From assembly GCA_002633005.1 (NCBI GenBank), contig NMRA01000701.1, positions 76,053-140,052 on the forward strand: a stretch of DNA of 64,000 nucleotides. Direction: 5' to 3'. The position numbers and the translations under genes were made by a program. Below, in pieces: positions 54,825 through 64,000 of the stretch; position 1 is the stretch's first letter; the number at the start of each line of letters is the position of its first letter. The notes beneath the pieces were generated by a model. The model had not been told where the DNA came from and ran no database searches. It worked only from the letters and a program-made list of their open reading frames with translations. The stretch is from Phoronis australis (taxonomy: Eukaryota; Animalia; Phoronida).

Positions 54825-55652
54825 GCATTTTCTAAACCCCCCTCGATCCCAGCACCTCACGACCCCCTCGACCCACAACCCCCACGACCCACAACGCCCT
54901 CGACCCACGACCTGTTGCAATAGATGTATCCAGTTGCAGATTTAGAGGGGGGCCAAGGGAGCCAAGGCTCCCCTAAAATTCTCCCAGATTTCATTTGGCA
55001 GTTCGGGGGGTGCGAAAGTCTGGCTGGCAAAATCCTGACTAATACTATGACCTGGCCCCCCTAACTCAAAATCCTGGATCCGCTTCTGGTATCTGCGCTT
55101 TTTACACACTTCATCATCATATTGCGTCGCTGAGTGACTTTCCCATAAAATTTACCTACACGCGAATCTACTCTGGCTGAAGGCTAGTGGTGCAAGAACA
55201 CGATCTGATTAGGCGCATTGTGAGCGTGCTATCGTTGTCACGGAAATAGTTCCACGAGCGACTACAAATGACCCCGTTCTATTAAATTTAGGGAGTGAGT
55301 AGTACGTTTCAAACTGTATTTACTGAAAAAATCACATATCCGTGGCCTTCTCGTACTCTCTCACAATAGCTTGAACCTATCATTCACTGGAGAGTTCGAT
55401 TTCGTACGTTGGTAGGTCTTTGATTGCCTTGATTCTTTTTCTGTCTTTGGCTTTCAGGCTTGACGAATCGATTCTCTTAATTGCAAAAATCAGGGAAAAG
55501 CCAGCCGAGCTCACGGTCAGACTCATTGGTCAGCCCTTGGTCTATGTTCAGATGGAGTCGAACTTGCGTAAACTAGGTCGAGGGGGTCGCGGGTCGAGGA
55601 AGTCAAAGGTAGAGGGCCGGAGTCGTGGGGCTCGAGGTTTTAGAACAATGCG
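54825..55652. mobile_element. TIR element with inverted subterminal CGACCC/GGGTCG repeat arrays
   Basis: Left end GCATTTTCTAAAC..CTCGA plus CGACCC(A/C)C repeats; right end GGTCG repeats plus TCGAGGTTTTAGAACAATGC; TSD unclear. Confidence 0.6.
54931..55088. mobile_element. MITE with 5-bp TSD (hAT5-like), nested in another TIR element
   Basis: TIRs CAGTTGCAGATTTAG / CTGGATCCGCTTCTG; TSD GTATC (54926-54930 and 55089-55093). Confidence 0.8.
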
Positions 55653-56134
55653 CTCAGATAACTTAGATTTACAATAAACCCCAGAGTTTAATCCAAAAAA
55701 CAACAACAACAACAACAGTAGGCTTAGGCCACTTATAAAATTGACCTCACCGTCAGATTGAAATTAATTTCTAGGCTCGAATTGTTGTTTTAGACCAGGG
55801 TCATCAATTTGATTTTGTCACGGTGGTTCAGTTTCACCTGCCGAAGCAGTATGGTCGTCTAAGGATTCCCAGGCCTTTTATTGAAACTTTGAATTCAACC
55901 AACTGATATATGACAAAATGATATTGCATAGAGCATACACTGTATTCACGTGTGACGAAAGTCGTTTAGACACAAGCCAAACACTTGATTCATACTGTAG
56001 CTACTTTACAGACAATTAGCTACTGGCGTCAATTTGTGGTAAAGGGCGCTTAAGGCTTTCTAAAACCTAATAAAGCGCCATATTTGAAATGGAGTTAAGA
56101 GTTTTTTGTTGAGGTAGCTTTTCTATTTACGCAC

Positions 56135-57831
56135 AAAACAAGAGCAACGCGGAGCGTTGAAATGCGCCCATGAATGCACTGCAAACGGTGCGCTTCTAGG
56201 GTGTTTATTTGTATCATAAAAATGGCCACTAGATAGTGCAAAATACTTCAAATCCATCATAAAACAGGAAAATGTCACCGTATTTTAACAGAAAGCTATT
56301 TACCACATTTCATGAAAAATCCGTCAAAAAACTTTAGCAAAACGGAAAAAATGAAATTGCCACTAGGGGACAAAGCATTCATCGGATCCGTCTGAAAGTT
56401 GTCATCTTCTGTTGTCAACGTCATATAAATACACTTGCTAAATTTAATAAACTCTCTGCAGAGGGCTTAGAAGATATACACAGCTAAGGGCAAAAAATGC
56501 CACTAATAGGCGCCACACTTATTGAAGCCGGAAAATCATCGTCAACCGTTCTCTTCACACTAACAATACATAAGCCAAAAACAGACTAGAAAACAGTAAA
56601 AATGGCCACTAGATGGAGCAAAATACGTCGAATCCGTCTGAACACCGAAAAGTGTCACTGTTTTTTGAAAGAAAGCTATTTAACAAATTTTATGAAAATT
56701 CGTCGAGGAACGTCATCTAAGAAACAAATGGAAAAACATAAAAAACGAAATTGCCACTAGGGTTCAGTTTTAGTCGGACCTGTTTGAAAGTTGTCGTCTT
56801 CCGTTGTTAACTTCCTACAAAAACACGTACGTGCTAAATTTAATAAAGAACCTGCAGAGGGCTTAGGAGGTACAGGTACGCCTGGGCGCAAAACAAAAAC
56901 AAAAACAAAACTGCCACTAGGAGGCGCCACAGCAGTCGAAGTCATCGGAAAAACGGCAATTGTTCTCTTTATAGTAAGAACATACATGCCATTTTTCGCA
57001 ATCATGCTTAGAGTGGTTTGGTTGATGGAGGGACGGACGCTTAAAACAGACTCGAAAACAGTAAAAATGGCCATTAGGTGGCGCAAAATACCTCGAATCC
57101 ATCCGAAAATCCGAAAACGGGAGGATAGCGTCACCTTATTAATAGATGCGTATGTACCAAATTTTATGGAAATCCATCGAGGACCTTTGAAGAAACAGAG
57201 GAAAACGTAAAAAAATAAAATTGCCACTAGGGGCACACCTGTAGCCCTGTCTGTCCGAAAGTCGTAGTCGTCCGTAGTCAACTTCATATAAAAACATTTG
57301 CTGCATTTAATAAAGATCCTGTGGAGCCTTTAGGAGATACAGCCATGGGCGCAAAAACAAACGCAACTGACACTAGGAGGCTCGACAGTAGTCGACGTCG
57401 TCGGAAAATCTTCGTCAACCGTCCTCTTCCTAGTAAGAACATACATGCCAATTTTCGCAATCATCCTTAGACTGGTTTAGTTGACAGAGGGGCGAACGCC
57501 AAAAACGGACTCCAGATTGCGCAAAATACTTCGAATCCATCCGAAAACTAAAGGATATCGTCACCTCATTAACAGATGCCTATGTGCTAAATTTCATCAA
57601 ATTCGGTCGAGGACCTTTGAAGATACAGAGGTAAACGTAAAAAAATAAAATTGCCACTAGAGGGCACAGCGGTACTCGGGTCAGTCCGCAACTCGACGCT
57701 CATAGGAGCACACCTGCCAAATTTCAATAAGATCCTGCAAGGGGTTTAGGAGATACAGCCGCGGACGCCGGACGCCTTGACAGAGACGACGGCAACATGC
57801 ATCCACATATAAATATGTGAGAGCATAAAAA
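56135..57831 (+). mobile_element. Helentron-associated (HINE/DINE-1-like) element with about 3.5 internal tandem repeats of 380-465 bp
   Basis: Starts AAAACAAGAG plus hairpin CAACGC-GGA-GCGTTG; repeat units anchored near 56223, 56603, 57068 and 57515; GGACG/GACG-type microrepeat near 57760; 3' hairpin CACATAT-AA-ATATGTG then GAGCATAAAAA. Confidence 0.7.
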
Positions 57832-58778
57832 CAAGGACAGAATAGAGTTCAACGTCAAGTTTCGAGATTTTGACTGATAATTAGCGTTGGATGCTTTTTT
57901 AAGTTTCTCTGTCATAAGATCCATGTTAGGTTCTCCACTGTTCGTACACAGTCAGATGGAACGGACGTCTCCATTCCTATGAAGCTACACGGCCAGTCAC
58001 AATGAACCACGTAATATTACTGTCGACTGATGACGACATGTTTTGATATTTCGTGATAACAAGTAGGTCTACATGTATAGGGTGCTCCTTAAATGTTTAC
58101 AAAAAATGCTCTGAAACACGAATACAGCTGCAAAATGGTTTTACTGGAAATTAATTGTTTTTTGTATTCCAAAATTCCAAAGCTTCTTTCGCGAGGCACT
58201 AAATTAGAAATTGAGAAAATGTAGCCATTGGTTTTTCATCTGAAACGCCTCTCGTTCAATCCAAAATGCACATGGCACTTTACACTGTATTCTATAAAAG
58301 TGGCCTTAACTTGCTCCTTACCCAGAATGCAAGTGATTCCTGGGTCTGCAAAAACTTGGCAAGTCGTGATTCGTTTAGACCGTACTCGTCGAATAAAACA
58401 AAACGCCGATAAACAATAGTGTAAAGCCTGATCCCGAAACAACGTTAATCATTTGTACATTCTTAGTCAGTAACAACGTATGGTTTTGGAAGTAAAGTGC
58501 ATGTTTTCTTCAGTTCATCATTCGTCGTGTGCTTTATTTCATGCACGTGACGAGTGGAAGAAGCAAAAGCAGCTGAATGGCGTGCCGCAGCCGAAATGAT
58601 ACAACATTGACGCGACAAGACCGAAAATCAATACACTATCCTTGATTATAGATGGCCCTACTATGCATTTGTGAGGAATCAGAATCTCGCCCATGGCACT
58701 ACGTCACCCTATTGTTTAATTAATTGAACAGCGACGTAAGTATAAAAGTCTAACCTACAGCAGAACCGTTTTACTATG

Positions 58779-59135
58779 TATCAGATGTCCCAAAACGTGA
58801 TCCAATATTTGACAAATAATTTCTCAACAAAAGATGAACCGAATTTTTTCAAATTTCTGCCAGATGAACCTTAGGATATCGTCAACAAATGTGCTAAATG
58901 TCAAAGATATGTGCCCAGTTGTGCGAGTACTGTCAAATTAAAAACATCAAATCCAAAAAATAATATTTCAAAGTGAAGCTCGCTTATTTTAGTTTATGCT
59001 CAATATGTCCTGCATCTTCCTCCACGACTGAACGTAGCCCGGGTTCTTCCAATGCTTTTCTGCATTTCTTCCTTCGAGATTTCCTCCCCTGACATAATCA
59101 TATTGTCTTTTAAAGAGTTCTCATCATGATCCTGT
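58779..59135 (-). mobile_element. Tc1/mariner (maT-like) transposase C-terminal fragment plus degenerate TIR
   Basis: Minus translation SLKDNM....EEISKEEMQKSI..RLRSVVEEDAGHIEHKLK* (stop at 58984-58986); terminus-like TATCAGATGTCCCAAAA at 58779. Confidence 0.7.
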
Positions 59136-59899
59136 GTTTCAAGAAGAATTGTATTACTATTAATTTTCTCAAGAGATTTAATAGCCCTTAGTATACCTGT
59201 TGTTAAGAAAAAAGCCAAAAATTCAAACAAAAAATAGGTTTCTGTTATCGGTGTTGTACGTAATGGGTGGAAGACCGTCTCCGCCGTTTTTGTTTTTACC
59301 AGTGTGATACTGAACAGTGGTGAGGAGAGTCCTCGAAGGGCCGCCTTTTTCAGACGTGAAAAGGTGCGTTTGTGGAGGCTGTAGTAACAGCAACTTGACT
59401 GAGAGCGTCTCTGTGTTCAAATGCCCTAAATACGTGAAAGTTGGGCGAAAATAGCCTCGGTTTGGGAGCCGCACGAGAGCGTGGAATGTCAGTGTGTAGC
59501 ATGCGATTCAGTCGAGAGCCACAGTTTGTTCGGCACATTTCAAGGATTCGTTGTTTCGACCAAACACAAAAACGGCGTTACCATGAAGCCAACTTGTGTT
59601 TTTTTTAAATTTTATAAATAATGAACTAACTGCTTCCATTCTACAGCGAGTGATGCCAGGCCCTGGGCCCCGTCCCAGATCGAGTGCCACGACACGTGGG
59701 TTATGCATTTTGTAAAGGACTGGCGGGGGTGCATGACACTCGTGTTGTTCGTTGCAGCCGTTTAAGTGGACTTTTTACCTGCAAATTTGATACTGGTACG
59801 CTTGTAGTTTCGGAACAATCTCCTTTCTTCAGGTGTGCAGGTATGTAGTAAAACACCGAGAAACATAACAAACGTCTTCCACTCATTACATCATTTGGC

Positions 59900-60473
59900 G
59901 GGTAACTTGGAAAAAACTAATTTTGAGACTATTTGGCATAAAACGTCCTCATTTACTTAGGTTTTATGATTTTCATGTCATATTAGCTACAGTAACTGAA
60001 ACCTCAAAACTACGAAAATACATGGTGGGAAATCTTCAACTCCTGCTAAGTCGATTTCTCTCTTACTCTCCTTCAAAGAGTCACATATAGCATAGTCCAT
60101 TGGATTGCAGTCAGAACTGTTGCTTAATATAGCAATGAGTCTATTTACAGTTGTACAACTCCACCGTTTTCCAGGGAACACCCTTTCGATTCTTCCTCCG
60201 CCTCAGCTTTCTCCTTGAAACAGGTTTCAACAGTAAAGTTATCATTTTCACTCAAAGGCATCCTTACAAACCGGAATACTGGACAGAACTGATTTGGAAA
60301 ACAGCTCTGACAATAAAAAACAGTAGACTGGAGACCCAGTCAGGCATTTTTTTTGACAGCTTGAACAGGATGAATATCACAGTTATATTGAATGCTTTAC
60401 CCTGAATTTCACAAAACTTTCATATTTTTAAATTTCTCAGAGATACTTTGTAGACTTGTTGATGTCACCCTGA
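59900..60473 (-). mobile_element. Internally deleted Tc1/mariner (maT-like) element
   Basis: Minus strand from ATG at 60261: MPLSEND...CFKEK...FPGKRWS..TVNRLI joined directly to NSSDCNPMDYAICDSLKE (SPDxNPxDY motif carrying a third catalytic D); CACCCTG terminus near 60466. Confidence 0.75.
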
Positions 60474-61619
60474 AGATACAATGCGATGAACGAGAGGAAC
60501 ACACAAACTCTTCGCCATTTCTGTGGTGTATTGACAATGTGCAACTTGTTAATCGTATTCAGCAGCTACACCGATACTGATGACGTCACCAATATTCTCT
60601 GTTTTATGGTACCACATGCCGTTGTGGAAGATAACTGAAAAGAAAGAACAAAAATCGTGACAGCATCAACAGAATAACGATCAAGGACGCGGAGTCACAG
60701 AAGGCAGGCATTCGTTCAAAACATTGAACTCTGGCCCTGGAATGCCAACTCCTGCACGTGACCAATGCATACTATGATTATATCTTGCCACCCCAAGACT
60801 AGCCGCGAGAGTTTGCACCCTGAATGTCCTGCAGTCTACAGGACTGGGTTTTGATCGAGTGTTGCAGTTATCAAATCAAGTTTGCTTCATTTTTATTTGA
60901 CATTTTTTTTCATCGAGCGAGGCTCAGTGAGCTACGGTTTTAGAGAACCAGCGATTTCCGGGCAAAACTAGTCAAAAAACCAGACAATTTCATTGATCAT
61001 TCTTTACACGCACCGACCCACGGCCTTGACGTTTACCGGAAATAGTCTGGAATTTAATCTTTACTTTCTGAAGAAATGCGTTTATTTACAACGCACTATG
61101 GGAAGTCCTACACTGCAGCCTATGTAATTATACATGTATATCCACAGTACACTTCAAACATACACAATAGTAGTTTGCTCATTTATATCGATCAGAAGGC
61201 CTTTATCTGCAAATTTGGATTGGTAGTTGGAGTAATTAGTTTATCACATTTTCTTAAACGTCACTACATCCTCAATTTTTACTGAAAGTCTCTAACAAAT
61301 GGCACCAAAGTAACTTTCGATGAATGATGTCTATCTAATATCTTCACACCAACTGTGAGGGATCCATATTTTAAAATCTTTGTCTTGATGGGGTAGAAAT
61401 CTTTTGAATCATTGACATATTCATTTCCTTGCTGGTTTAATTAGTAATTTTTATAGCCTCTCTGATTCATTTCCTCTTTATATTATTATAATTACTCCCT
61501 GTTATTTTCCGCATTCTGGTAACAAACTATATTTTTTAAACCTGTCAGATATGCGAAATGATGATTATTTGTGAATTAAATTATTAATCGTTTTCTTCTG
61601 CTATAATCATACACTATCA

Positions 61620-62200
61620 TGAATTGACGAATGGCTTTCTGATGATATGAGTCTTATGCAATTCGGTTGGAAAACGGAGAAGTTGCGAAAAGTTAGTGGC
61701 AGTAAATTCCATTGGAATAACCAACACCGGAAAAAAGAATGCAAACAAGTGGCACGCATGTGCGGCGCAACCTCAGCAGCGCGATATTTAAGTTGGCGTC
61801 CCAAGGCAAGAGTTCGGGTTCAAAACAAGGCGGGTGGCTTTTAGCATAATGGTGGTCTTAATTTGCAAGATTACAACCGGGCTAAAAAGCTTCAAGCTGC
61901 ACCTACATATGAAACAACAAATACACCTTATGCTACCAAGAATTTCTAGGTACCCATTTCTGGCTAATGCTACTGTGCTGGTGATGATCTCCAGAACGTT
62001 TGGCTGTGAGCGTAAGGCTGATATCAGAAAAGCACTTTTCTTTCCGATGATGTACGTTTGGAATTATCGGACCAAAACTCTGGCTCAAATACTGTCAACA
62101 GAAAAAATGAGCTTGGCACTAAGGGACACTCCTGCTCATCTGCAGCCGGACGTGATCGGCACATCAGTTATTGAATGAAAAGCCGGAAGCACTACGCAAG
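61620..62200 (+). mobile_element. Possible decayed Gypsy integrase fragment
   Basis: KLRK....FH...H.KKECKQVAR (HHCC region), ISRYP, SD.N, LALRDTP in the expected order. Confidence 0.4.
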
Positions 62201-62232
62201 AGAACTTTGAAGGTGCGACTACATGTATATTT

Positions 62233-62850
62233 AAAACCAAGAGCAACGCAAAGTGTTGGAAAACAACCAAGACTGCATCGCATACGGCATGCTTCTAGGC
62301 TTAGAAATGTTTATTAATATCAAAAATAGGACGCTCAGTGGCGCAGAATACGACGAACCTGTCCAAAAACAAGACGGCTTTGTCGCCTTCACAAAACCCT
62401 ATTCGTAAATTTTCATGAAAATCCGTCCTGGAACTGCAAAGATACATGAACAATCGTGAAATAGAATTGTCACTATGAGACACTGTACATGTAGTAGTCG
62501 GATCCGTCCGAAAGAAGTTGTCACCTGTTGCCACATTCATATGATTGCATTTGTCATATTTTCATAACCAACCTGAAAGGGGTTTTGGAGATACAGCTGT
62601 GCAATGCAAAAGGTTGTCCCCAAGTGGATATCTCAGTAGTCGGACCCGTGCGAAAATCAAGGTCAGTCGTTGTGTTGTCAGGAAAAAAATCTGACAATTA
62701 ATTTTCTTAACAATTTTTGGGCAATTTAGTGGATGAGGCTGACGTCAAAACATAATCGAAAATAACAAGTATTGGCATCATTCGGGGCTCATGAAATGGT
62801 GGATCCAAAGAGGGTAATTAACTATATACGCTCTCACAAAAAACTAGAAA
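62233..62850 (+). mobile_element. Second, diverged single-unit copy of the HINE-like element
   Basis: Starts AAAACCAAGAGCAACGC; interior (AAATTTTCATGAAAATCCGTC, TCGGATCCGTCCGAAAG, GGAGATACAGC) matches the repeat unit at 56135-57831. Confidence 0.7.
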
Positions 62851-63795
62851 AGAAGATTTCATGTAAAAAAAAAAACACTGTTTGGCAGCCTGCGACGGAA
62901 TAACTTACTGACATCGCCTGCTTCTAAGACCTCTTCCATGGTGGAATGACATTGCCAGTAGCACTCGCTAGGTGGCTCCACATACCACTTCTTTCGGCCA
63001 TGCAGCTGCGTATGCCACTGAGGGCGAAAGACTGGGTCGATCTGAATTAAAAAGCGGAGGGCAATTAATTTACAAATTTAGCACTAGAAATTGAATACGC
63101 GAAACCCATGGCAACAGCAAAAAACTGACAGTTTTATAATGCAGTTTCTTAAAAACGGCTGACGGTGACCATGCAAACTTCACGTTAAGGTACGGATTAC
63201 CATTGCATGTACCTCAAAATACCCACCTTCAAGGACTAGTCAGATTCCTCAAAACCAGTAGTTACAAGGTTATTTCCTTCTCATGTACATATAATACCCA
63301 GATTTTATGTTGCTGCAATCAGTTTTACGGAAATTTTGACTTCAACTCGACAACGTCAATTAGCTTATTTCACAATGTTCATGTTAACACAAAAAGGAGT
63401 TTTAACACCATGGAATCGTTCCACAAGTACACGCACTTGCTATTAGCTAAAACTCCTTTCACTTACATGCATGCTGTATCCTAGCTTCGGGCTTCCCATG
63501 AATGTCCAAAAAGTTCGGGAACTCTCCGTTGACGGTGGGAGGAATGTAGGAAGGAATAGTTCCTTGTATCGTTCGGTCACTTTCCGGTCACAATTTATCC
63601 TGAAGAAAATGTTTCAAAATGGTCAGAACATTTACGTATTCATTACGTCAGTCAGCCAAATTTCCAGAACAATCACTTGTCCTTTTAATAATTGATATTG
63701 ATATTTGCAGGACGTTTCTTGGTTTACGATAATAAGAAATTGGATTTAAACTGGTAGAGACATTGTTAATGTTGGTAAAAAAAAATAGCAAAAAG

Positions 63796-63907
63796 CAAGT
63801 GTTCTCATTAAAAGTACATGGCAATATTTCATGTAATCTCGTGAAGTCTTGGTTTTTAGCGAGGTCCTACCTTACATATAGGTCCTAGCGTTACTGAACT
63901 CTACCCC
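63796..63907 (+). mobile_element. Partial copy of the TTCAGTAACGCTAGGACCT MITE family
   Basis: GTGTTCTCATT.AAA.TACA.GGCAATAT...GAAGTCTTG..TTTTAGCGAGGTCCTA...GCGTTACTGAAC matches 14225-14308. Confidence 0.75.
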
Positions 63908-64000
63908 GGATTTAGTGTTGTTTTCGTTTTTTAAACATGCATAGTTTGCGCATCCTTGTCTGCTGTTATGGTTGGCGTTAATCAGGGCGTAAACGGACAC

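Noticed and set aside
56757-57287. 176-aa and 139-aa ORFs
   Set aside because: Chance open frames within the tandem repeat; equivalent frames are broken in sister units.

Overview
Eukaryotic, AT-rich animal genomic DNA; the transposon repertoire suggests a marine invertebrate (inference). Only one intact protein-coding gene is visible: a single-exon small/intermediate-conductance Ca2+-activated K+ channel (KCNN/SK family) on the minus strand at 20699-22075. The rest is intergenic or intronic DNA with many transposon relics. These include five heavily deleted Gypsy pol fossils, an L1/Tx1 ORF2 pseudogene, a probable DIRS/tyrosine-recombinase relic and two mariner-type transposase fragments. There are also a Kolobok-like element with a THAP fragment, four MITEs with 5-bp target duplications (hAT5-like), a small TIR MITE family and a Helentron-associated (HINE/DINE-1-like) element whose internal tandem repeats carry about 10 CTCF-like motifs. 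The most unusual unexplained signal is about 30 copies of the palindrome TACATGTA (about 2 expected by chance). At least one copy is apparently a 6-bp insertion at a TA site, consistent with accumulated Tc1/mariner excision footprints. No rRNA, tRNA or CRISPR features were seen. All motif matches and counts were made by eye, without database searches.
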